Assembly: GCA_965116495.1 (NCBI GenBank)
Contig: OZ220696.1
Location: 3,680,001 to 3,744,000, forward strand
DNA: 64,000 bases
Source of the DNA: Gammaproteobacteria bacterium
Lineage (GTDB): Bacteria > Pseudomonadota > Gammaproteobacteria > Eutrophobiales > Eutrophobiaceae
Direction of reading: 5' to 3'
Under the pieces are notes generated by a model. It was not told the DNA's origin, did no database searches, and saw nothing but the letters and a program-made list of their open reading frames with translations. The position numbers were made by a program, and so were the translations under genes. Shown here in pieces: positions 11,533-20,295 of the stretch (position 1 is the stretch's first letter; every line of letters starts with the position of its first letter).

Positions 11533-11621
11533 AATTTGGGACACCCATAAATTTGGAATATCCAACAATTTGGGACACCCATGAATTTAGAAAATTCGTT
11601 AATTTATGGGTGTCCCAAATT
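11533..11621. repeat. 21-bp repeat cluster (F,F,R) with an exact 34-bp period
   Basis: Copies at 11533, 11567 and 11601. Confidence 0.92.
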
Positions 11622-11628
11622 TCTTCCT

Positions 11629-12603
11629 TTACCGGCGGTTGAAATAGCGGTGGCTTTCCACTTGTTGCAGGGTGAGCAGGCCGGCCGGGTCGAAGATCAG
11701 GTCGCGGACGCGCAGGGCCAGGGACAGGGCCAGGGAAAATTCGGGGTCGAAGCCGACCAGTGCGCCGATGATGATGAACGCGCCTTCCTGTACGCCGTAG
11801 GCGTTGGGGATGATGAATGCGAGGTCGCTCAGGGTGGCCGTCAGGCTGCGCAGCATTAATGCTTCGACTATGCCTATCGGTTGGCCCAGCAGGTAGCAGG
11901 CCAACCATAGTTCGAACGTGTGCAATGCCAATGAGGCCAGCCGGTACAGCGTGGCGATGAGGATATTGAGTTTATCCGAGTATAACTCCCGTATTAACCG
12001 GTCCACTTCGGTAGCGGAGAAGGTGACGTTTTCCCAGGAGTCGTGTTTGACCAGTCTGCCCGCGAGTTTTGCCAGGGCGCCCAGCATCCCGAAGCGTTGG
12101 AGTATGACCAGCCCGACCGCGCTGAGGACCAGGAAGACGATGCCGCCGACCGCGTACGGAACGACTGCCTTGTCGCCGGGCAGGAACGCCAGCAGCAGCG
12201 CACCGGCGAACGCCCACAAGGCCAGCGCCATGGCCTGGACCGCCTTGTCCACCATCACGGAGGCGGCCGCATCCACCCCGCCGGCGCCCCATATCAATAC
12301 CAGCCTTGCCTTGACGACCTCCCCGCCTATGGATGCGACCGGCAGCAGGTTGTTGACTGCACGCCCCATCCACGTCGCCAGCAGACCGTGTCCGAACGAG
12401 GGCCTGCTGCCGGGTTTGAACAACAGGAGCCAGCCCTGAGTCGACGGCAGCAGCACCGGGAACCACACCAGGGGCAGCAACAGCAGGTACCAGCCCGAGG
12501 CGAGCAGTAGCTGGAAGACGTCGCGAAAGCCCTGCCAGGCCAGCAGGCCGATGAGTAGCAGCAGCCCGAGGACAAGGCCGATTTGAGTAACGAAACGCAT
12601 CAA
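11629..12603 (-). CDS. Lysylphosphatidylglycerol synthase transmembrane-domain (flippase-like) protein, HpnL-like
   Basis: NNLLPVASIGGEVVK and FIIPNAYGVQEGA; multiple transmembrane segments; hopanoid context. Confidence 0.75.
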   Translation of the reverse strand: MMRFVTQIGLVLGLLLLIGLLAWQGFRDVFQLLLASGWYLLLLPLVWFPVLLPSTQGWLLLFKPGSRPSFGHGLLATWMGRAVNNLLPVASIGGEVVKARLVLIWGAGGVDAAASVMVDKAVQAMALALWAFAGALLLAFLPGDKAVVPYAVGGIVFLVLSAVGLVILQRFGMLGALAKLAGRLVKHDSWENVTFSATEVDRLIRELYSDKLNILIATLYRLASLALHTFELWLACYLLGQPIGIVEALMLRSLTATLSDLAFIIPNAYGVQEGAFIIIGALVGFDPEFSLALSLALRVRDLIFDPAGLLTLQQVESHRYFNRR

Positions 12604-12616
12604 AAAGACCGTGAAC

Positions 12617-12817
12617 TCAAAAGGCTTTGGTTATGCCAGCTTGTTTTAATGTTTCGTTGGCGGTATGCCTGGAAAGAATTTTACCATCTACAGTAATTTT
12701 CCGATAGGTAAGCGGGCTGTGCCATATTTCATGGTCACCCTTGCCTTTCCGGTAAAATTTGCAGCCGTGGTTCTTTAATATACGCTTTACTTCCGGCGTG
12801 AAAGAAGTCGGCGCCAA
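12617..12817 (-). CDS. hicA: HicA-family toxin
   Basis: 66 aa, basic, GKGDHEIW motif and SRHTANETLKQAG. Confidence 0.88.
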   Translation of the reverse strand: MAPTSFTPEVKRILKNHGCKFYRKGKGDHEIWHSPLTYRKITVDGKILSRHTANETLKQAGITKAF

Positions 12818-12823
12818 AGTCGT

Positions 12824-13072
12824 TTAACTGGCTAGTCGAAAATTTTGATGGCCACTGACAATCAAATCAATGCTGGGAACCCGGTTAGAGCTTGCATGGT
12901 TTAGTTCCAACAAATCAGGAATAACGGCTTTGAGCCGTGCTATAAGAGCCTCCTTGGTTACCGCTTCAATAGCGAGGCCCTCAATATCCGTGCTGGATGC
13001 GCTCCATACACCCGTCTCATCATCCCACAAAGCGTCTACTCTTAAGGCTTTTTCACTGTTTTTTGTGTACAT
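12824..13072 (-). CDS. DUF1902/HicB-like antitoxin
   Basis: WDDETGVWSASSTDIEGLAIEA...IPDLLELN; directly upstream of hicA; start reassigned to ATG 13072. Confidence 0.8.
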   Translation of the reverse strand: MYTKNSEKALRVDALWDDETGVWSASSTDIEGLAIEAVTKEALIARLKAVIPDLLELNHASSNRVPSIDLIVSGHQNFRLAS

Positions 13073-13183
13073 AATCTTATCGTCGACAGTCGGAATATAG
13101 TATGTGCCGCATAGCGGGATATTGCAAGTATAAGTGTTTTCCAATATGAAATGAGCCTGAAGGGGGGACGTGTTCAGAGACCT

Positions 13184-13242
13184 GATTTGGGACACCCATA
13201 AATCACAAATTTATTTCTTGAATTCATGGCTGTCCCAAAATT
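13184..13242. repeat. 21-bp repeat doublet (F,R)
   Basis: Copies at 13184 and 13221. Confidence 0.85.
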
Positions 13243-13269
13243 GGTCATTCCTGCGGGGGCAGGGGTCAA

Positions 13270-14568
13270 TTAATCGGAACTGGCTCCGTTGATTTCGCAG
13301 CAGACAACCTTTCCGTTCTGGATTACCAGTTCGGGGTAGACCAGGTTGCTGATGTCTTCCAGGGGGTCGGCGCTGAGCAGGATGAGGTCGGCGCGCTTGC
13401 CGGCGGCGATGCTTCCCAACTGGTCCTCGAGGCCCATGGCTTGCGCGGCGCGGAGGGTGGCTGCCTGGATGATTTCCGGGTTGGTCATGCCTGCCGTCTG
13501 CAGGGCCTGCAATTCCTGCAGGTAGAGCAGGTCGATGGTTTCGAGGTCTTTTACGTTGGAGTCCGTGCCGACCGCGAAGCGCACGCCGGCTTCTCGCATT
13601 TCGCGGAACTGGGCCATCATCGTCTCATAGGTATGTCCCAGGTTTTCGGCCAGCCATGCGGCGCTCTGCTTTTCCGCGTTGGCGGCGTATTCACCCTCCA
13701 GTTCGCGCAGGTGAAAACCCAGGGTGGGAATGACGTAGACGCCTTGTTCCACCATGGTGTTGATCACATTCGAGCCGCCATAGGGATACATGTGTTCGGT
13801 GCTGTCCACGCCTGCCTCGACCGCAATGCGGCCGGACTGCTTGACAAGGTCGTGGGTCCCGCCGACGTGGGCGGTGACCCGCAGGTGGTGGATGTGGGCC
13901 TCGTCGACGACCGCGGCCATTTCTTCTTGCGTCAGGAACGGGGCGACTTTTATCAAGTCTGCTTCCAGCTTGATAGCCTCTCTTACCCGCTCCCGCATTG
14001 CCCAGGGACCGCTGGCTTCCACTGCCCAGAGGGGAGGATGCAGCGGCTGGAATTCCGACCCATGGCCGCCGGTCACGGTAATAATGGGACCGGACGTATA
14101 GTAACGGGCGCCGCCCATCAGGCCGGCGCGCTGGGTGCGTTTCAACGAATAGCCGATCCATTCACGCGCGCCGACGTCGCGCACCGTCGTGACACCGATT
14201 TCCTGGTATCGTTCAAGGAACCGTTCCGAACGGATCGCATTGACGATGTCGTCATCCAGGCGCCGGGGGCCGGGCAGCATGAAGGTGACGTGAACGTGCA
14301 GGTCGAACAGTCCCGGCAGGACCCACTTCCCCTCGGCGGAGATGTGTTGCACATCATGTCCTTCGCTCGCCGTACCGCCGATGCTGTGTATGCGCTCTCC
14401 TGCAATCAGGAGTCCCGGGTTTTGCACGGGCGCTGCCCCGGTCCCGTCAACCAGCGTACCCCCCTCAATAAACAGGCGCGCAGGGTTTGCGGTTACATCC
14501 GTCCCTGCCGCGTGAACGTTGCATAGCGTCAGCAGGCACAATAACGTAGTAACTGTAATTTCTCTCAT
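13270..14568 (-). CDS. Secreted metal-dependent amidohydrolase
   Basis: Signal peptide, PGLFDLHVH, GTD and GKRADL motifs. Confidence 0.9.
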   Translation of the reverse strand: MREITVTTLLCLLTLCNVHAAGTDVTANPARLFIEGGTLVDGTGAAPVQNPGLLIAGERIHSIGGTASEGHDVQHISAEGKWVLPGLFDLHVHVTFMLPGPRRLDDDIVNAIRSERFLERYQEIGVTTVRDVGAREWIGYSLKRTQRAGLMGGARYYTSGPIITVTGGHGSEFQPLHPPLWAVEASGPWAMRERVREAIKLEADLIKVAPFLTQEEMAAVVDEAHIHHLRVTAHVGGTHDLVKQSGRIAVEAGVDSTEHMYPYGGSNVINTMVEQGVYVIPTLGFHLRELEGEYAANAEKQSAAWLAENLGHTYETMMAQFREMREAGVRFAVGTDSNVKDLETIDLLYLQELQALQTAGMTNPEIIQAATLRAAQAMGLEDQLGSIAAGKRADLILLSADPLEDISNLVYPELVIQNGKVVCCEINGASSD

Positions 14569-14718
14569 ATATCGGTCACCCGGCAGTTCATCAATATAAT
14601 TCTGGTGGTCAGGTTATTTAATCAATGGTGTCAGACTCGATTGATTTTCCGCCATTCCTGCGAATACAGGAATCTGAATGAGCTAAATCAATCGGGTCTA
14701 ATCCTATTGATACTGTCC

Positions 14719-14804
14719 AACTCATGGGTGTCCCAAATTAGATCGATCCAACTCATGGGTGTCCCAAATTTGCAAAAATTGACAATTTATGGGTGTCCCA
14801 AATT
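14719..14804. repeat. 21-bp repeat cluster (R,R,R)
   Basis: Copies at 14719, 14750 and 14784. Confidence 0.9.
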
Positions 14805-14892
14805 AGGTTGCGGTACAATCCCACCCCGCATTAACACCGTACCGGGTAAAACTTTGCCGGGTCTGCGGTGTTTTTGTCACACTACCGGCGTG

Positions 14893-17061
14893 TTACTTGA
14901 AGTTCAGCCGGATAGTCCCCCCAAACCAGCGGGGTGGGTTGTACACGCCCTGTCGGAAGCGAAAACCGGGAAACGGGTCTGCCTTGATCAGGTTTGTTTC
15001 ATCCGTGAAGTTCTGGACAAAGAAGCTCGCCTCCCACCTGCCGTTGTCAGGCCTGTATGTCAGGCGGGCATTGGTCACGAATTGCTCGCCCATGTCGGAG
15101 GAAGGATCATTGAAATTAGTCCGGTATTGGTTGTCTGTCCACACGAAGTCCCACAGCAGGCTCACACTGCCGCCGAAAGCCGCCTGTGTGTATTTCGCTG
15201 CGCCATTGAAGGCTACGTTGGGCGAGAACCCCATGTCGACGTTCCTGGTGATGGTCCCGTTGTTGATATCCTTGATCTCCGTTTCAAGCAGGGAGACACC
15301 CAGGGAAAGTTCAAGGGGTTCCGTGGGATAGGCCTTTATCTCGATCTCGGCGCCGTAGTTTTCCGCTTCGGAGTTACCCATCGCCCCGCTTAATCCCACC
15401 CAGTTCCATGCCTGGAAATCATTGTAGTCGTAATAGAAGACAGACGTGTTTATGCGCGCCCGCTGGCCGAAGACATCGATCTTGAACCCCGCCTCGTATG
15501 CCCATAGGGTCTCGTCTTCGTACTGGACGTCCTCCGGTGTCGGAACATTGTAGAAACCGTTATTGAAGCCTCCACCCTTGGTTCCCCTGACGACCTTGGC
15601 GTAGATCAGCCAGTTTTCCCTCGGCGTCCAGTCAAGTTCGAGGTTTGCCGAGACCAGTTCATCACTCCGGTTGACCAGGTCGCCGACGGCTTCCTCGACG
15701 AAATTGCCGGCCGCATTGCGGAAATTACCGAAAAATGTGTTGATCGCTTCATATTTCTTGTCGTCGTTGGTATACCTGACCCCGGCAAGGACCGCCAGTT
15801 GCGGTGTAATATCGTATTCGACATGGCCGAAGATCGACCACGACTCAAGATCCAGTTGCCACGGGGCATCGAGGGCGCGCGGGAAGCCGAAAAATCTGGC
15901 GGTGGGATGCGCCTCCGCATCCTGGTTGAGGTAGAAAAAGCCCGCGGTCCAGCGCAGGTTTTCGGTCTCCTGGTAGACTCTGGCCTCCTGGGTCCAGATA
16001 TGTTGATCCACCGGGAACCCCGCCGTACACATGTCATTGGGTCCGCCATCGCAATCCTCGAGATTATCGCGGGTTACCCAGGCGTAGCCGGTGAGTGAGG
16101 TCAGGGTCATGTTATTGGGCATGTCCCAGTCCATCCGGATCAACCAGTTCAATACTTCGGATTCCACCTCCTGGCCGCCGTCGGTATACACGGTGCGCGG
16201 TGCCTCTGCCCCGACCTGGCGTTCGTTGAACCCCAGCGTGTCAAGCCCGTCCAGGTCCAGGTGCTGCAGTCCGGTTGCCGGATCGATATAGGCGATTTCG
16301 TGGTCTGTATATAAAGGGATCACGTTGATATCGGCGTACTGTACCTTGGCCAGGATCGAAAGGTCTTCATTGGGCGTATACAGGAATTGCACGCGTCCCG
16401 TTTTGGTGCCGTAGTCCGTACCGTCCTTGAATTCGGGATTCAGGTTTTTCACATAGCCGTCACCGTCATGAAACAGCATTGAGGCGCGTACCGCCAGTGT
16501 TTCGGTGGCGGGTGCGTTGATCATTCCTTCAATCCGCACCTCGTCGTAGGATGCGTAGGTGGCATCGATGTAGCCCTCGGCTTCCCGCCCTGGTTTCTTG
16601 GTGATGAAATGGAGCAGGCCGCCGGTCGTGTTTCTCCCGAACAGGGTTCCCTGCGGCCCGCGCAGAACTTCGACCCGTTCCAGGTCGTACAGGGCAAAAT
16701 CCAGCCCCGCGGGCGGCAGCATGTAGAATTCGTCGACATACCCGACCACCGGGGATTCGTGGCCGTCGCCGAAATCGCTCAAACCGATACCCCGGATAAA
16801 AGTATAGGAATTGGCGCCCCGGCCCTGGGTCGAGAAGTTATACACGCTTGGAGTCTGGGCGACCACGTCGGTGCTGGCTACCAGGCGGAAATCCCGGATT
16901 TGCTCGCCGGTCAGCGCGGTAATCGAAATGCCGACGTCCTGCAAACTCTGCTCGCGTTTTTGCGCCGTGACGACGACTTCTTCGAGGACCGTGGCGGCAT
17001 GGACAGGGACGAGTGATGCAATAAGGCAAATGGTGGACAGCCGAATGAGTGATATTTTCAT
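14893..17061 (-). CDS. TonB-dependent receptor
   Basis: Signal peptide, TonB box LEEVVVTAQKR, ERVEVLRGPQGTLFGRN and a C-terminal beta strand ending in F. Confidence 0.95.
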   Translation of the reverse strand: MKISLIRLSTICLIASLVPVHAATVLEEVVVTAQKREQSLQDVGISITALTGEQIRDFRLVASTDVVAQTPSVYNFSTQGRGANSYTFIRGIGLSDFGDGHESPVVGYVDEFYMLPPAGLDFALYDLERVEVLRGPQGTLFGRNTTGGLLHFITKKPGREAEGYIDATYASYDEVRIEGMINAPATETLAVRASMLFHDGDGYVKNLNPEFKDGTDYGTKTGRVQFLYTPNEDLSILAKVQYADINVIPLYTDHEIAYIDPATGLQHLDLDGLDTLGFNERQVGAEAPRTVYTDGGQEVESEVLNWLIRMDWDMPNNMTLTSLTGYAWVTRDNLEDCDGGPNDMCTAGFPVDQHIWTQEARVYQETENLRWTAGFFYLNQDAEAHPTARFFGFPRALDAPWQLDLESWSIFGHVEYDITPQLAVLAGVRYTNDDKKYEAINTFFGNFRNAAGNFVEEAVGDLVNRSDELVSANLELDWTPRENWLIYAKVVRGTKGGGFNNGFYNVPTPEDVQYEDETLWAYEAGFKIDVFGQRARINTSVFYYDYNDFQAWNWVGLSGAMGNSEAENYGAEIEIKAYPTEPLELSLGVSLLETEIKDINNGTITRNVDMGFSPNVAFNGAAKYTQAAFGGSVSLLWDFVWTDNQYRTNFNDPSSDMGEQFVTNARLTYRPDNGRWEASFFVQNFTDETNLIKADPFPGFRFRQGVYNPPRWFGGTIRLNFK

Positions 17062-17181
17062 ACGATTACTCCCAATTTTTCCCTGTGTTGAGTATAAAGA
17101 GAACGCGGGTCAAATAGTAATCAGAATAATGAATACAGGGATATAATCCGGACTTATTATTGAATCAATGGGTTCCGGCGT

Positions 17182-17316
17182 TCGCCGGAACGACGGTCGC
17201 CGGAACGACGGTCGCCGGAACGGCGTTCGCCGGAACGACGTTCGCCGGAACGACGTTCGCCGGAACGACGGTCGCCGGAACGGCGTTCGCCGGAACGACG
17301 TTCGCCGGAACGACGG
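17182..17316. repeat. Nine tandem copies of the 15-bp unit TCGCCGGAACG(A/G)CG(G/T)
   Basis: Counted directly; the unit is one arm of the preceding REP GGTTCCGGCGTTCGCCGGAACGAC. Confidence 0.95.
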
Positions 17317-17328
17317 TCGCTCGAACCT

Positions 17329-17416
17329 AATTTGGGACACCCATAAATTGAGACTCGATTCAATTCATGGGTGTCCCAAATTGGTGTTTAACGTAAATTT
17401 ATGGGTGTCCCAAATT
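17329..17416. repeat. 21-bp repeat cluster (F,R,R)
   Basis: Copies at 17329, 17362 and 17396. Confidence 0.92.
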
Positions 17417-17462
17417 GGCGTCCCAAATTGGCGGGGATGGCTTTACAGCTGGGATATGCAGG

Positions 17463-18527
17463 CTATGTATCGGGGAGGAGGATCGAATTGATATACGCGA
17501 TTATATCCATCATGGCTTGTTCATCCTTGATTGGTGTCATCGCTGCTTGCATTTGTTGTCCCGGGGTATCGGATTCGTGTGAGCCGCGTGTGCCTGCCTT
17601 GAATTTGCGTAACTGTTCCAACTGGTACCAGCCTTCCAGTCCGGCCAGCGCGGGGGCGTTGAGGACCGGGATGCCTTCTGCCTTGCCGCCATGGCAACTG
17701 GCGCAGTAGCTGTCGTACAAGCGCTTGCCCTGGCTGATGTCGCCGCCGGGGGAATCGCTCGCATAGGTATCCGGCAAGGTATCGATGTATGCCACGACAT
17801 CACGGATTGCCCGGTCGCCGGGTAACGCCGTCGCGCGGCCGTTCATCTGCCAGCCATAGAAATCGGTAACGCCTCCGCGTACCATTTGACGAAAGTTGCG
17901 CAATTGCCTGCGCAGATACTCCGCATCCAGCAGTGTCAGTCGCGGCGCGTGCATGTTTGGATTGCCCTCGCCGTTAATCCCGTGGCAGGCGGCGCAGGTA
18001 GTATAGTAAGCCTTGCCGCGCGCGCTATCTGCCGGGACAAGCGCTTCCATGATGGCGGCTGAATCCGTGATCACCTCCAGTTTCACAATACGGTTGTTTT
18101 CAATGGTGAACAGGTGCGACCATCCCACATCGTATTCACCGCCGGTCATTTTGCCGGCGCCTTTTTGCCGTCCGGTTACGATCACCACGTTTCCGTCCAC
18201 TGCAAAATTATCCCGGGTGACCTCCGAAATGTCTACGGTCCTTTCCTCATCGGTAAAAAACTGCCTGACACCCTCGTGCCCCTTGTAGGTCCCTGCATAA
18301 TCAATAACGTATTCAGGTCCGTAAAAGACCCATACCACGTCCGGCGAGAGGAGCGACAGCGCCTTGTCCATTTCATGCGCGGCAAAAGCCCCATAGAAAT
18401 CCCTGGTAATTTTTACCATTGCGTCCTCGGACGCAATGCAGGTTAATGCCAGCAGGCAGGAAATTACTGCAACCAGGGAGCGGGTGCCGTGTTTCCGCTT
18501 ATCAGGCATGGTGAGAAAATCCCACAT
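17463..18527 (-). CDS. SnoaL/NTF2-like domain fused to a diheme cytochrome c4-like domain
   Basis: Hydrophobic leader, NTF2-like region (FYGAFAAHEMDKALSLLSPDVVW), CAACH and CASCH heme motifs. Confidence 0.82.
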   Translation of the reverse strand: MWDFLTMPDKRKHGTRSLVAVISCLLALTCIASEDAMVKITRDFYGAFAAHEMDKALSLLSPDVVWVFYGPEYVIDYAGTYKGHEGVRQFFTDEERTVDISEVTRDNFAVDGNVVIVTGRQKGAGKMTGGEYDVGWSHLFTIENNRIVKLEVITDSAAIMEALVPADSARGKAYYTTCAACHGINGEGNPNMHAPRLTLLDAEYLRRQLRNFRQMVRGGVTDFYGWQMNGRATALPGDRAIRDVVAYIDTLPDTYASDSPGGDISQGKRLYDSYCASCHGGKAEGIPVLNAPALAGLEGWYQLEQLRKFKAGTRGSHESDTPGQQMQAAMTPIKDEQAMMDIIAYINSILLPDT

Positions 18528-18530
18528 GAT

Positions 18531-20051
18531 TTACACGCTCAGAAAATCATGGTACACGCCGTCAGGGTCGTATTGCCGGCGCAGTTTATCCAGTTTCTCC
18601 CAATTCTCCGGCGCAAAACACGCGTACGTCATGTCCGAGCGCGTCTCACGGTCGAACTCATTGATATAATAACCGGAGGCGAAAGGACGCATTTCGTCAT
18701 AAAAATTTTTCAACCAGTCCTGGTTGGCATGGTCATCTGCGGCATGATCCCATTGCGCATAACCGGCCAGGTAAAATAACCCGGTCGTCGAACAGGCCGC
18801 ATCGGGGAAGGTTAAATCTCCACGCCATAGAATAACGGGCGTATTGCTGTCGGAGGGTGACTGCAGCATGTGCTTACTCAACACCCCGGTCGAGTCCAGG
18901 ATATTGTTGGTATAGATGTTGTCGGCCCGCGCCCGGCGTTGCGGGAACGGGCCCTCGTTATCCTGGTACAGGACTTCCACCGGTGTGGGCCTGCTTTTCA
19001 GGGTTGCTAAAGCCAGTTTACTGGTCGGATGGCCGGCAATTGGAGCCATCATCTGCTGCGCCTGTGCTGCCGTATCCGCGAACGTGATGGCAGTCATGAC
19101 TACAACACGGCCACACTGGCTGCCCTCGCACTGTGCGGCGAGGTCCGGCGGGGCCGGGACAACGACGGTCAATACCTCCAGGTTGGGGTCCAGGGACGGC
19201 CCCAGTTCTTCCACCATTTCCACAACCTGCAACATATCAGAATAGTGGAACGTGTAATAATCCGTGGAGATTGCCCGGGGCAAGGGGTGACACCTGACAT
19301 AAAAACGCGTTACGGTAAAGAACAACCCCGGCCCGGCCCCGCGTGCAGCCCAGAACAGGTCTGTGTTCCGGTTCTCGTTGACATGCAACAATTCACCTTC
19401 AGCCGTGACCACATCAAGTCCGACAATATTGAATACGCTCATGCCCCCCCAGGCGCCTGAATTCAGGCCAAGGCCGCCACCCAGTAAAAAACCGCTCAGA
19501 GGCACCATCCCGCAGTGGGCCGTGGGGAACGCCAGTCCATACGGGCGCAGGTATTCACTCAGTCCCCTGCCGATCACACCCGCTTCAACCACTGCAATGC
19601 GTGTACGGGTATCGACTTCGATCTTCTGCATACGCGATACGTCTACAAGCACCCCGCCATCGCGCAGGTAACAACCACTCCAACTGTGCCCGCCGCTGCG
19701 GGTGGTAATCTTCAGGTTATTGTTACGGGCATAGTTAACCGCCTCAACGACATCTGCCTCGGTCTCGGCCTGGACAATCACATCCGGGTAACGCTTGAAC
19801 TTGCGAAATTGCCAGATCATACTCTGGCGCCAGGGCTCATAGGTGGGACTGCCGCGCTCCACGACCGCGCCGGCAACCCGGCTTTTCAGCGCTGCAACTG
19901 TTTTTGCGGGGTTATTCCTGATAAGAGTTGCAGCCGGGGACAGGCGGGGCAGGAGCAAGCTGCCGGTAACCAGGCCTCCCGCTTTTTCAATAAACCGTCT
20001 TCTGCCGGAATTAACAACCGGTTTCCTGTTTTTTTCGGATTTCTTGTTCAT
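18531..20051 (-). CDS. Tat-exported FAD-linked oxidoreductase (BBE/VAO family)
   Basis: SGRRRFI Tat motif, RSGGHSW covalent-FAD motif, LFWAARGAG and C-terminal YDPDGVY. Confidence 0.9.
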   Translation of the reverse strand: MNKKSEKNRKPVVNSGRRRFIEKAGGLVTGSLLLPRLSPAATLIRNNPAKTVAALKSRVAGAVVERGSPTYEPWRQSMIWQFRKFKRYPDVIVQAETEADVVEAVNYARNNNLKITTRSGGHSWSGCYLRDGGVLVDVSRMQKIEVDTRTRIAVVEAGVIGRGLSEYLRPYGLAFPTAHCGMVPLSGFLLGGGLGLNSGAWGGMSVFNIVGLDVVTAEGELLHVNENRNTDLFWAARGAGPGLFFTVTRFYVRCHPLPRAISTDYYTFHYSDMLQVVEMVEELGPSLDPNLEVLTVVVPAPPDLAAQCEGSQCGRVVVMTAITFADTAAQAQQMMAPIAGHPTSKLALATLKSRPTPVEVLYQDNEGPFPQRRARADNIYTNNILDSTGVLSKHMLQSPSDSNTPVILWRGDLTFPDAACSTTGLFYLAGYAQWDHAADDHANQDWLKNFYDEMRPFASGYYINEFDRETRSDMTYACFAPENWEKLDKLRRQYDPDGVYHDFLSV

Positions 20052-20295
20052 GGCAAAATAAATAACAACGTGTCGCGCGGAAGCCTGCCCGCGTGAAAAC
20101 GGGCGGCGGCTCTTGGGCTACCGGATTCCCGTTTCCACGGGAATGGAAATAGACAGTGGCTCACCCGGCGCTAACCTGGGTGTGAAAATGTGAACACGTT
20201 GATATCATGTTCATTGTTGTAGAAATTTCTTACATACCCCTTGCAGGAGTTTAGCACCTTTTGCCCGGGCGGGTTCGATTTGATACGGTGGAATT

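Noticed and set aside
12824-13195. ORF-track starts inside the 21-mer (MSQI..., MGVPN...), also at 56241
   Set aside because: These starts come from the repeat; downstream ATGs (13072 and 56208) fit the protein families better.
17110-17491. Arg-rich repeat ORFs (RRPSF, RRND, RRSG)
   Set aside because: These are translations of the 15-bp DNA tandem repeat, open in several frames, with no support as genes.
20191-20213. TGAACA-N11-TGTTCA possible operator upstream of the flavoprotein
   Set aside because: A single short inverted repeat with no cognate regulator or second copy to support it.
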